NCBI GenBank assembly: GCA_031372065.1
Contig: JANMKN010000010.1
Location: 1-40,508 of the forward strand
From: Abditibacteriaceae bacterium
GTDB taxonomy: Bacteria > Armatimonadota > Abditibacteriia > Abditibacteriales > Abditibacteriaceae
Reading direction: 5' to 3'
Length of the DNA stretch: 40,508 nt
Shown here: piece by piece, positions 28,642-37,740 of the stretch
Position numbering within the stretch: the first letter of the stretch is position 1
Layout: every line of letters begins with the position of its first letter
The notes under the pieces: model-generated
The model's database searches: none
What the model saw: the letters and a program-made list of their open reading frames with translations, nothing else
Told to the model about the DNA's origin: nothing
Program-made: the position numbers and the translations under genes

Positions 28642-28673
28642 GCGTGAAAGACCTTACTGCCTATCTCGTCCTG

Positions 28674-28787
28674 TCCCGCCCGTAAACAAGCGGGCTGAGG
28701 TAAAAACCCCGTGAACGGGGCTAATTACGCCATTTTTAGACCCGTTTACGGGTCTTTTGCCCTCAGCCCAGCGCTTCAGCGGTGGGT
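28674..28787. repeat. Four-hairpin REP cluster related to the MITE interior but lacking TIRs
   Basis: Same order of four palindromes as in 32855-33017. Confidence 0.8.
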
Positions 28788-28800
28788 ATGGTAAGGCCTT

Positions 28801-29526
28801 CTAAGCCTGTGTCGAAACCGCGAAAATATCGCTCCACTGGCCGATTTCGTTGATGCCGTCGGAGTAGCGGAATTGATATTCGCGCGAATCGGCGCGGCCC
28901 GGATTGGCGTTCGGCGTGGTGTCCGTCCATTTGCTGGTGACGATGGTATACGATTTTTCCCACTCGCTCGCGCCGTTGCGGCGCATATGGCCTACAATCA
29001 AGCGATAGTGACCCATCACCAGCGTAAATGTCACCGCGCCGCCGGGCAACGTCACCGGCGTTTTGCCGCGCGGTTTGGCATCGTCGGGCGGCGGTGGCGG
29101 CGTCGCGGGCACTTCGATTTTCAAGGTGGTGCCGATTTGCTTGGTGTAGTTTTTGTGGCGCTTGATGTCGCCGACCAACTCGACCATATAATTGAAAATG
29201 CCCGTCGAAAGCGGCGAAGCGCCGACGGGTGGCGTGGGCGGCGCGGAGATGGTCGGATAGGACGGATAAACAAACGTGTTAGGCGTGCTATCGGTATCCA
29301 CTTCGTCCACTAACGCCGAGAGATTGTTCCAGTAAATATGCGCCGTCGGCTCGGCGGTGTATACCAGATAATTGCAAACCGCCGCGTAATAAGTCACGGT
29401 CGCGATGGTGTTGCTGGTGAGTTCCAGCGGAGTTTGAAACTGCGGAACGTTGATGGAAAAGTCATTGAGCCAACCGGCTCGTGCCCCGCGTCCGCTGGGC
29501 AAATAATCGGGTCTAATCAAAGACAT
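28801..29526 (-). CDS. Array-associated hypothetical protein 3 (241 aa); paralogue of 5825-6535
   Basis: Collinear motifs with 5825-6535 over the full length; GGGGAGAGG RBS. Confidence 0.88.
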   Translation of the reverse strand: MSLIRPDYLPSGRGARAGWLNDFSINVPQFQTPLELTSNTIATVTYYAAVCNYLVYTAEPTAHIYWNNLSALVDEVDTDSTPNTFVYPSYPTISAPPTPPVGASPLSTGIFNYMVELVGDIKRHKNYTKQIGTTLKIEVPATPPPPPDDAKPRGKTPVTLPGGAVTFTLVMGHYRLIVGHMRRNGASEWEKSYTIVTSKWTDTTPNANPGRADSREYQFRYSDGINEIGQWSDIFAVSTQA

Positions 29527-29579
29527 AGTAAACCTCTCCCCAAATTGTATTTGACGTGCCGAAACACGCCTGCAACAAA

Positions 29580-29607
29580 TATTTATGCATTAAAGATTCT
29601 TTGTCAA
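29580..29607 (-). promoter_or_regulatory. Putative sigma70 promoter
   Basis: TTGACA (29607-29602), 16 nt, then TAAATA; lies between array D and the gene. Confidence 0.45.
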
Positions 29608-29655
29608 GCGTCGCCCGCGCGAAAACCTTGCGCCCGTAAGCGCCGCGCTATGCTT

Positions 29656-29920
29656 CCCGTAGCCGGAGTTTGGGTTAAAACGCGCGGAGTTTTACTCATA
29701 ACGCGCCGTGTTATGGTTAAAACTCGCGGAGTTCTGACTATAACGGGCGGTGTTTTGGTTGTAACGGGCAGTGTTTTAATTAAAACGCGCGGAGTTTTGG
29801 TTAAAACTCCGCGAGTTATGGTTGTAACGCGCAGAGTTTTGATTAGAACGCTGGAAATCCAACCATAACGCGCCGCGTTTCATCCAAAACACCGCCCGCT
29901 ACACCCAAAACGCGCCGCCC
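29656..29920. repeat. 21-bp tandem array D (AAAACGCGCGGAGTTTTGGTT), 8 core units plus degenerate edges
   Basis: Units at 29677, 29698, 29719, 29740, 29761, 29782, 29803, 29824; each has an AAC-N7-GTT palindrome. Confidence 0.96.
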
Positions 29921-29925
29921 CACGC

Positions 29926-31956
29926 CTATTTTTCGCCCCGCGCCGCCATTTCTTCCCGCAAAATCGCCAGATTTTGGCGGCAAGTAACGGTATCTGGATG
30001 CTCCGGCCCCAGTGACTTTTCTCTTATCGCTAAGGCGCGCTCCAACAACGGCTTGGCTTCGCTGAACTTGCCTTGAGCGTAGTAAAGCCCCGCCAAATTG
30101 TTCAGCGCAGTGGCAGTATCTGGATGCTCCGGCCCCAGCGCCTTTTGCAATATCGCTAAAGCCCGCTCATACAATGGCCCGGCTTCACTCAACTTGGCTT
30201 GCGTCTTATAAAGCAGCGCTAAATTGTTCAGCGCGAAGGCAGTTTCGGGATGCTCTGGGCCTAACACCTGCTCAAATATGGTCAGGGAGTGCTGAAACAA
30301 TGGCTCCGCTTCGCTGAGCTTGCCTTGATCTTGGTAAAGTTGCGCCAAATTGTTCAGAGAAATGGCGGTATCGCGATGCTCTTGGCCCAGCACCTTTTCC
30401 CTTATTGCCAAGGAGCGTTTATACAAAAGTTCGGCCTTGCTAAACCTGCCTTGATCGCGGTAAAGCTCTGCCAAATTGTTCAACGAGGTGGCGGTATCGG
30501 GATGCTCTTGGCCCAGCACCTTTTCCCTTATTGCCAAGGAGCGCTTATACAATGGCAAGGCCTCGCTCAACTTGCCTTGCGCCCTATAAAGCTTTGCCAC
30601 ATTGTTCAGTGTGGTGGCCGTATCGGGATGCTCTGCCCCCAATACCTTTTCTCCTATTTCCAAGGCGCGCTCATACAACGGCTCGGCAGTGGCGTATTGG
30701 GCGCGTTGCTTCAGATAATAGCCGACTTGATTGTTTAAGCGGGCGACGTTTTCTGTTTCGATGCCCTGTTGCGCAGCGCGTCCGATAGCTAATAGCGCGT
30801 GCGGCAGAAAGCGTTCGCAGCGCGGCCACTCTTCAAATTCGGCCATGCCGAAAGTCGCGTCCAGCACGTTGACGGCGTGTTCGGCCCATTCGCGCTTTGC
30901 GTCGGCGTTTAAACTCTCGCGTAGCACCAGTTGCACCAGACGATGCAGGGACAGCGAGCGGTCAGCCGCATCGCGGGTCAACAGCGAACGACTGCACACG
31001 GCGCGAATCAGGTTAATGCGCTCCCACTCCGTCGCCAAAGCGCCGCCCAAGGCTGCGGTTAAGTCGCCATATTCATCTTCTAAAATCTCTTCGGGAATGT
31101 TATCGGGCGCGAAGAAGGCACAAAGACGCAGCAGACGCGCCGCCATCGGGTTTTGCTGCTCCAACTGCTCGTAGGCTAAGGTAAACGTGACGGTGACCGG
31201 CTTATGCGATTCGTCGCCCAAATCGCCATGCCGCGCCATCAATTGCAGGGCTTCTTGCTGATAAAGTCGCGTATATTCGCGGATGGTGCGATGATTTTCT
31301 TCGATAAACGCGCCCGCCTGCTCCAACGCCAGCGGCAAGCCGTCCATAGCCTCGCTGAGTGCTTTGGCGTCTTCCCATTGCGGCGAGGTGGCCGGTGTTA
31401 TTTCACCGATGCGCTTCAAGAGAAACTCCGCGCCCTGCTCCGGCGATAGCTCTTCCAACGGGATGCGATTGGCAAAGCGTCCCGTCACCGACGAGCGCGT
31501 GGTGTAAAGCAGATGACCGCGCGCTCCCTGCGGCACAAAGCGGCTCGCCAACTTCAAATCATCAGCGTTATCGAGAATCAGCAGCCATTTATCATGCTCG
31601 GTTAGCCAGCGTTGCACCGCCTGCACCGCTAATTGCTGCTGCGCTGCGTCCTTTTCCGGCAGATTCAAAATCTTTTCTGAGGCCAACGCCGCAAAACCCG
31701 ACACCAATTCGCTTTCGGTTTCGGACGGCACCCACAACACCGCCTCGTATTTGTCGGCGTGAAGATAGGCAAATTCCACCGCCGTCTGCGTCTTGCCGAT
31801 GCCACCCAAACCCGCAATCGCCTGCCCCAACGCCACCGCGCCCTTCGACAACCCGGCTTCCAAGTCGCGCAACGCCTCCTCGCGCCCGGTGAAAAACCGA
31901 TTGCGTTCAAACGGCACATTCCAGATGGTATTTGACGCAGGAACTGTCAGGCCCAC
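29926..31956 (-). CDS. NB-ARC (STAND) ATPase with 42-aa TPR repeats; possibly the C-terminal part of a frameshift fusion
   Basis: RN.FFTGRE, GLGGIGKT, WLLILDNA, TTR, GLPLAL, LHRLVQ; repeated LG.EHPDTA..LNNLA. Confidence 0.92.
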   Translation of the reverse strand: MGLTVPASNTIWNVPFERNRFFTGREEALRDLEAGLSKGAVALGQAIAGLGGIGKTQTAVEFAYLHADKYEAVLWVPSETESELVSGFAALASEKILNLPEKDAAQQQLAVQAVQRWLTEHDKWLLILDNADDLKLASRFVPQGARGHLLYTTRSSVTGRFANRIPLEELSPEQGAEFLLKRIGEITPATSPQWEDAKALSEAMDGLPLALEQAGAFIEENHRTIREYTRLYQQEALQLMARHGDLGDESHKPVTVTFTLAYEQLEQQNPMAARLLRLCAFFAPDNIPEEILEDEYGDLTAALGGALATEWERINLIRAVCSRSLLTRDAADRSLSLHRLVQLVLRESLNADAKREWAEHAVNVLDATFGMAEFEEWPRCERFLPHALLAIGRAAQQGIETENVARLNNQVGYYLKQRAQYATAEPLYERALEIGEKVLGAEHPDTATTLNNVAKLYRAQGKLSEALPLYKRSLAIREKVLGQEHPDTATSLNNLAELYRDQGRFSKAELLYKRSLAIREKVLGQEHRDTAISLNNLAQLYQDQGKLSEAEPLFQHSLTIFEQVLGPEHPETAFALNNLALLYKTQAKLSEAGPLYERALAILQKALGPEHPDTATALNNLAGLYYAQGKFSEAKPLLERALAIREKSLGPEHPDTVTCRQNLAILREEMAARGEK

Positions 31957-31985
31957 CGACTCGCGCCGGGTGTCTTCCGATGAGC

Positions 31986-32843
31986 CTAACTGGGGGACGC
32001 GCCCGTTAAATAGCGCAGAATGTCCAGCAAATCATCCAACTGCTCGTTTTCTTCTGCCCATTCGTGAATTTTGTTGAGGCGCGTTTCAAGGTCCAACGCT
32101 TCCGAAGGCCGCTGCCTAATGGGAATACCGAGCAGGAAAATCAAGCGCGAATATTGGTTTGTCTTGAGAGAATCCAAATGACGAAGGACTTCACGGCGCT
32201 TATCACGGCCAAAGTTGAACGTTGTGGCCCGCGATTCTGCTTCTTCCTGCTTCAATGCGATAAAGTAAGCGGCATCCTGCGGGCCGGACGCGTTGGGCTG
32301 CGTGGGATAGGCGGTAAACGCCTCGTCGCGCTTGCCTTTTACGATTTGCGACTTACCAAAGGCACCTTTAAGTTCGGCAGGCAACGCCGCATAAGTGGCC
32401 TCATCAATCAACACGCCACCGGGCGCGGCTTTGGATTCAAGGCGCACCGCGCGGGCGATAGTGCCGCCCGCGATGTCGAACCCTCCACCTGCTTTCGGCT
32501 CCATCACAATGTCGCCCGTCGCCGCGCCGATGCGAAAAACGCGCTTCGCTAAATCCTGCGAGCGCGGCGCATTATGCGCGGCAGTCGCTTCCTGCACCGC
32601 CACAGCGAAACGATAGGCATCCGCCGCCGCATCGAACACTAAAATCGCGCCATCGCCTGTCGTCGCCATCACCGTTTGGGCGCGCGAGGCACTAACGGCG
32701 GTCAGACCAACATCAACTAAGCCTTGAATTTGCTTGTTAAGTTCGGCCACCGATGTTACATCCAAGCCTTGCTCAAGATTGTCTCCAATGGTGCTGTAGC
32801 CAACGAGGTCAAGTTCGAGAACTGTTTTTATCATTTCCGCCAT
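31986..32843 (-). CDS. Class III nucleotide cyclase-like domain with C-terminal effector-associated (EAD-like) helical domain
   Basis: DLVGYS, TGDG, FRIG..TG, A.RLES.A.PG.VLID, VKGK; C-terminal L..L...QY..LIF.L.IP...R...I..WAE; start may be ATG 32834. Confidence 0.8.
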   Translation of the reverse strand: MAEMIKTVLELDLVGYSTIGDNLEQGLDVTSVAELNKQIQGLVDVGLTAVSASRAQTVMATTGDGAILVFDAAADAYRFAVAVQEATAAHNAPRSQDLAKRVFRIGAATGDIVMEPKAGGGFDIAGGTIARAVRLESKAAPGGVLIDEATYAALPAELKGAFGKSQIVKGKRDEAFTAYPTQPNASGPQDAAYFIALKQEEAESRATTFNFGRDKRREVLRHLDSLKTNQYSRLIFLLGIPIRQRPSEALDLETRLNKIHEWAEENEQLDDLLDILRYLTGASPS

Positions 32844-32854
32844 CCTTTTAGTTA

Positions 32855-33017
32855 ACCCAAGTTGCTACTTATAGCCCCACCCGTGAACGAGTGGGCTGAG
32901 AGCAACCAAAAGCCTCGTAAACGAGGCTGAATTTACAGTTTCCAGCCTCGTTTACGAGGCTTTTGCAGGTTCAGCCCATTGCTTTAGCTATGGGTAGGGA
33001 TAGGTAGCAACTTGGGT
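32855..33017. mobile_element. MITE (163 bp), copy 1
   Basis: TIR ACCCAAGTTGCTAC/GTAGCAACTTGGGT; flanked by direct repeat TAGTTA. Confidence 0.88.
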
Positions 33018-33111
33018 TAGTTACTTAACGCTACGACTCACGATTCCATGTTTACAACATCCGCACCGCGCGTTGCACTAATTGGCGCGCGGACTGATTC
33101 TATTAAACAAT

Positions 33112-33957
33112 TCAAAATCCAACCGGATGATAAATCACGTTGTTGGCTTTGCACCAATCTTTGAGCGGCTTGGTGATGGCGCCGGGGATGAAACGGCCTT
33201 CGGGGTCTTGCAGGCCGCCCAAAAGTTGCTGGCCGATGGCGTCGGTTTTTTCGAGGAGCGCCGCGTCTTGCACGCGATAATCCATCGGCGCCATCCAGTT
33301 GAAACCGTAGCCCATCATCACCGCTTTGGTAGTGCGGCCCAGCAAATTGGCGGCGCCCGCGTGGTAGGTGCGGTTTTCAAAAAAGACGGCATCGCCGGGT
33401 TGTAAAGAAGGCTCCACCGCGCCGATTGGGTCTTTTTCGCCTGCGGGAATGTTTAATTGTTCTTTGAGATGATTGCTGCCCGGCGCGAACATCGTCACGG
33501 CGGAACACGGCTCGCTTGTATCGGTGAGATAATAAGCGCATTTCATTTCGATGCGCGGGATTTGGGCGTGCCCCAAATCGTGCGGCGTGTCGGCTACATC
33601 GCGATGCCAGCCGGGTTGACGAAAATTGCGCGGCGTGCCTTTTTCATTCGGGTGCTTGTAAATCAAATGGCTCGTCACCAAATGGATATTCGGCCCGAAC
33701 AATTGCACGATGAGCGGCACGGTGGTTTGGTGCATCAGCAAATCGAAAAACGCCTCGTCCATGCTGATGCAATTGCGAAAACTGTCGTAATTGCCGCTCA
33801 TCGTCTGGCGATTGCGCGTTTCATCCGAACCAATCAAACGGTCACCCGCTTCAATCAAACGCGCGATAAAATCGGCGTCCAACGCCTTGCGCACGATCAA
33901 ATAACCGTCGTCATCAAACTGCTGGCGCTGCTCTGGCGTGAGAAGTGTGAATTGCAT
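33112..33957 (-). CDS. Phytanoyl-CoA dioxygenase (PhyH) family protein
   Basis: F..DGYLIV, WHRD, PGSNH, GDAVFF...TYH; AAGGA RBS. Confidence 0.92.
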   Translation of the reverse strand: MQFTLLTPEQRQQFDDDGYLIVRKALDADFIARLIEAGDRLIGSDETRNRQTMSGNYDSFRNCISMDEAFFDLLMHQTTVPLIVQLFGPNIHLVTSHLIYKHPNEKGTPRNFRQPGWHRDVADTPHDLGHAQIPRIEMKCAYYLTDTSEPCSAVTMFAPGSNHLKEQLNIPAGEKDPIGAVEPSLQPGDAVFFENRTYHAGAANLLGRTTKAVMMGYGFNWMAPMDYRVQDAALLEKTDAIGQQLLGGLQDPEGRFIPGAITKPLKDWCKANNVIYHPVGF

Positions 33958-33966
33958 GGAGTCCTT

Positions 33967-36117
33967 TTAAGGCACGACGTTGATGGCAACTTTGCCGATG
34001 GTGCCGTTGAAGCGGAAAGGCGCTTTGTAGTTGCCGACGGCATCGTTGATGTCGTAGCCAACGGAAAGCGCATCGCCGGGCGTTTCGTGCAAGGGCGCGG
34101 TTTTTGTTGTCACTACAGGCGCGTCGTCGCTGAGTTGCAATTCCATCACGCCGCTTTTGCTGAGTGTGACCTTGATATTTAACGGGTCGCCGGGCGGCAA
34201 AGTCGCGGTCAGCGTGGCTAATTTGCCGTCCACGCGCACCACGAAATGCACTTCGTCGTTGCGCAGAAAGAGCGCGTAGCCGTGAACCATTCCGCCTTGC
34301 GCCAGCAAAACGCCGTTGCCGCGTCTCTGAACTTCGATATTGATTTTCAAAGCGGCACTGCCGACATCAGGCGCGTCGTCGCGCAGCAGCACATCGCCGG
34401 TTTTCAATTCGAAATTTTGCGCTTGCCGTTCGGCTCCGTATGACGGTTTCCAAATCCACGGCAACACATCGTTGGTTCTGGCCCATTGACCCCATTGCGC
34501 GGCCATTTCGCTCACCAGTTCGGGATGTGTGGCCGCTAAATCATTTGTTTCAGCGCGGTCTTTGGACATATCATACAGTTCCCATTTGCCCATTGGCCCT
34601 TTGGCGACAAGTTTCCACTTTCCTTCTCGCACCGCGCGGTTGCCTTCGTGTTCCCAGAACAGCGGATAAGAAATTGGTGTTGATTTATCGTCGAACAAAG
34701 GCTGCAAACTGTGGCCGGGCAAAGGATAAATTTTTTCGCCGTTTAATTCTGGTGGATAGTCGGCCTTTGCCACGTCCACGCAAGTCGCCATAATGTCGGG
34801 CAATTGGCCGGGATGATTTTCAATGGCGCCGCGTTTTGCCATACCTTGCGGCCAATGCACAATCAACGGCGTGGCGATGCCGCCTTCGTGAACCCAATGC
34901 TTATATTCGCGAAACGGCGTATTGGAAACGTTCGCCCAATCGCGCCCATAGCCGATATAAGTGTCTTCGGCGCCAGCCATAATCGTCGGGCCGCTGCGCA
35001 CTGGGCGGCCATCGCGCGTTTGCATCGGCGGCCAAATTTGCGGCTGCAAATCGTCGGGGCCAAACGGCTTGATGTTGTCGGGAATTTTGCTGGCTTCGCG
35101 TCCCATGCCTTCGGCGCAACCGCCGTTATCATGCAGATAAAAAATCAAAGTGTTGTCGAATTGGCCTTCTTTTTTCAGTTCCTCCACCAACTTGCCGACG
35201 TTTTGATCCATGCGATCAACCATCGCCGCATAAACTTCCATGTTGCGCGCGTCCCATGCTTTGTGGGGCATCTTGTCCCAGTCGCCGACAGTCGGCGGAA
35301 TCGGCCAAGAAGCGTCAATCACGCCGAGTTCTTTTTCTTTGTTCCAGCGCGCCTGACGAATCGCATCATAACCGGCATCGTAACGGCCTTTATATTTGGC
35401 GATGTCTTCGGGCAACGCTTGCATCGGCCAATGCGCGGCGGTGAACGCGGCATACAGAAAAAACGGCTCGTTGGCGTTTTTCTGCTGATGCTCTTGCAGA
35501 AATTTAATGGCGTTATCGGCGATGGCGTCGGTGTAATAAAAACGCGGCGATTTGTATTCGGCATCGTTTTCCGGCGTGATGAAAGTATTATTTCTACACA
35601 AAGTCGTCGGGTCGAAGTAACTGCCCGCGCCGGTGATAGTGCCATAGAATTTGTCGAAGCCGCGCTGTCTCGGCCAGTTGTCTTGCGGGCCATCTTTTCC
35701 GGCGAATTTGGTGACGTGCCATTTGCCAGACATATACGTTTTATAGCCCGCGTCGCGCAAAACTTCGGCAATTGTGGCGCTGTTTTTGTTGAGGTCGCCG
35801 GTGTAGCCCGGCGCTTGTTGCATATCGGTCATGTGCCCGATGCCAGCGCGATGTGGATGCTGCCCTGTCAGCAAAGAAGCGCGCGTCGGACAGCAGCGCG
35901 CTGTGTTGTAAAACTGTGTGAAACGCAGACCATCGGCGGCCAATGCATTCAAATTCGGCGTCGAAATCTCCGCGCCGTAACAGCCAATGTCGGAATAACC
36001 CATATCATCGGTGAGAATCACAATGATGTTGGGTCGTTTCGGATTTTGTTGGGCGTGCAGTGTGTTTGTCATGGTGAAAATTATCAGCAAGAGTGCGAGA
36101 GTTTTGACAAATTTCAT
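33967..36117 (-). CDS. Arylsulfatase with C-terminal LamG-like module
   Basis: DDMGYSD, CCPTR, GKWH, DNG, HEGGI; ATGA overlap with the upstream sulfatase. Confidence 0.94.
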   Translation of the reverse strand: MKFVKTLALLLIIFTMTNTLHAQQNPKRPNIIVILTDDMGYSDIGCYGAEISTPNLNALAADGLRFTQFYNTARCCPTRASLLTGQHPHRAGIGHMTDMQQAPGYTGDLNKNSATIAEVLRDAGYKTYMSGKWHVTKFAGKDGPQDNWPRQRGFDKFYGTITGAGSYFDPTTLCRNNTFITPENDAEYKSPRFYYTDAIADNAIKFLQEHQQKNANEPFFLYAAFTAAHWPMQALPEDIAKYKGRYDAGYDAIRQARWNKEKELGVIDASWPIPPTVGDWDKMPHKAWDARNMEVYAAMVDRMDQNVGKLVEELKKEGQFDNTLIFYLHDNGGCAEGMGREASKIPDNIKPFGPDDLQPQIWPPMQTRDGRPVRSGPTIMAGAEDTYIGYGRDWANVSNTPFREYKHWVHEGGIATPLIVHWPQGMAKRGAIENHPGQLPDIMATCVDVAKADYPPELNGEKIYPLPGHSLQPLFDDKSTPISYPLFWEHEGNRAVREGKWKLVAKGPMGKWELYDMSKDRAETNDLAATHPELVSEMAAQWGQWARTNDVLPWIWKPSYGAERQAQNFELKTGDVLLRDDAPDVGSAALKINIEVQRRGNGVLLAQGGMVHGYALFLRNDEVHFVVRVDGKLATLTATLPPGDPLNIKVTLSKSGVMELQLSDDAPVVTTKTAPLHETPGDALSVGYDINDAVGNYKAPFRFNGTIGKVAINVVP

Positions 36118-37613
36118 TGACCTTTCAACTCCGCCGGACGCCCTCCGCCGCGCCCGCTCGGTTTGGTCGCATCGTATTTTTCGTTGGGCACCGGCATTCG
36201 CGCGCCGACTTGCTTTTGCCATGCGTGCAATTCATTTTGCATCGCGGTGGCGCGCGCTGTTTCTTGCGCCGCGAGGTTGTTTTTCTCACCGCTATCAGTC
36301 GCTAAATTGAAAAGCTCGACGCTGTTATCGTCATACCATTCGATGAGTTTCCAATCGCCCTGCCGAATGGCCGCGCCCGGTGCGCCACCTTGATTGCCGT
36401 AATGCGGGTAATGCCAAAACAACGCGCGCTCTGGCGCTTTGCCAGTTTGAATTATCGGCTTCAAATCTATGCCGTCTAAAGGCTGATTGTGCGGCGGCGC
36501 GCCACTGGCTTTCATAAAAGTGAAAAAGAAATCGGGACTCGAAACCGGCACATCAATTTGCGAAGCGGCTTTAGTCACGCCCGGCCACCGAATGAGAAGC
36601 GGTTCCCGGATGCCGCCTTCATAAAGCCAGCCTTTGCCGCCGCGCAACGGCAAATTGGAAGTCGGCCAGCCTTCGCTGGTGGAAAGCCCGCCATTGTCCG
36701 ATGTAAAAACCACGATGGTATTATCGGCAAGGCCGAGTTCATCTAATTTCGTTAAAACTTTGCCTGCGGCTTTGTCCATCGCTTCGACCATGCCCGCGTA
36801 AACGGGGTGATCTTGCGTTAGGCGCACATCGCGCGTGTCGTCGCGGCCCCATTTGGTTTCGAGTTTTTGTTCCTTGCGACGCGCCTCATATTTGCGCTGC
36901 AAATCGGGCCGCGCCATCAGCGGCGTGTGGACATCATAAAACGCTAAATACGCCAAAAAAGGTTTCTCTTGGTTGGCTTGCATGAACCGGCAAACTTCGC
37001 TCGCCAAGCGGTCTGGCAAGTGTTCACCCGGCGGGCCATCGGGCAAACGCGGATTGTCGTAGGGCGAAAAATATTTGTTGCCGCCATATGGCCCGCCTTT
37101 ATCTATGCCGCCCTTATTCACATCGAAGCCTTGATCTTCGGGCCAGTGACCTTGCGGCCCCAAATGCCATTTGCCGAAGAAGCCCGTCGCGTAGCCTTGC
37201 GGTTTGAGCAGTTCGGCAATCGTCACTTTTTCGAGCGCCAGTTCGGTGTCGTAGGCGGCAGGCAACAGTTTGGTGTTGCGATTCCACTTGTCCGGCTGCT
37301 GCGCGCCGATGTAATCGGTGACGCCGGTGCGTTGCGGATATTGGCCCGTCAAAAGCGAGGCGCGCGTGGGCGAACACACCGGACAAGACGCGTAAGCCTG
37401 CGTGAATTTCGCGCCTTGCGTGGCTAATTTGTCGAGATGGGGCGTGTCGTAAAACGTGCTGCCGTAGCAACCCAAATCGCTCCATCCCAAATCGTCGGCG
37501 AGCAGAAAAACGATATTTGGTTTTTTAGCGGCTTGAGCCGTTGCGGGCGCAATCGGCGAAAGCGAAAAGGCGGTGCCCAAGGCGAGCAGCGGCATGATGG
37601 AACGACGCGACAT
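36114..37613 (-). CDS. Sulfatase
   Basis: Signal peptide, DDLGWSD, CSPTR, GKWHLG, SDNGG, YEGGIR. Confidence 0.95.
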   Translation of the reverse strand: MSRRSIMPLLALGTAFSLSPIAPATAQAAKKPNIVFLLADDLGWSDLGCYGSTFYDTPHLDKLATQGAKFTQAYASCPVCSPTRASLLTGQYPQRTGVTDYIGAQQPDKWNRNTKLLPAAYDTELALEKVTIAELLKPQGYATGFFGKWHLGPQGHWPEDQGFDVNKGGIDKGGPYGGNKYFSPYDNPRLPDGPPGEHLPDRLASEVCRFMQANQEKPFLAYLAFYDVHTPLMARPDLQRKYEARRKEQKLETKWGRDDTRDVRLTQDHPVYAGMVEAMDKAAGKVLTKLDELGLADNTIVVFTSDNGGLSTSEGWPTSNLPLRGGKGWLYEGGIREPLLIRWPGVTKAASQIDVPVSSPDFFFTFMKASGAPPHNQPLDGIDLKPIIQTGKAPERALFWHYPHYGNQGGAPGAAIRQGDWKLIEWYDDNSVELFNLATDSGEKNNLAAQETARATAMQNELHAWQKQVGARMPVPNEKYDATKPSGRGGGRPAELKGQ

Positions 37614-37740
37614 GATGATTCTCCCCGAAAAACAATTTAGTCTTTGACAGCCCTTCACAACTTTTCGGCGCTGACGGCTTCCAAGTTTTTGCACAATTTT
37701 GCCGATGAGAAACGCGGCGTCCATACCGTAAACTGAGACC

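Noticed and set aside
29960..30735. 126-bp DNA repeats
   Set aside because: Explained by the 42-aa TPR units; no reverse transcriptase or adenine-specific variation to suggest a DGR
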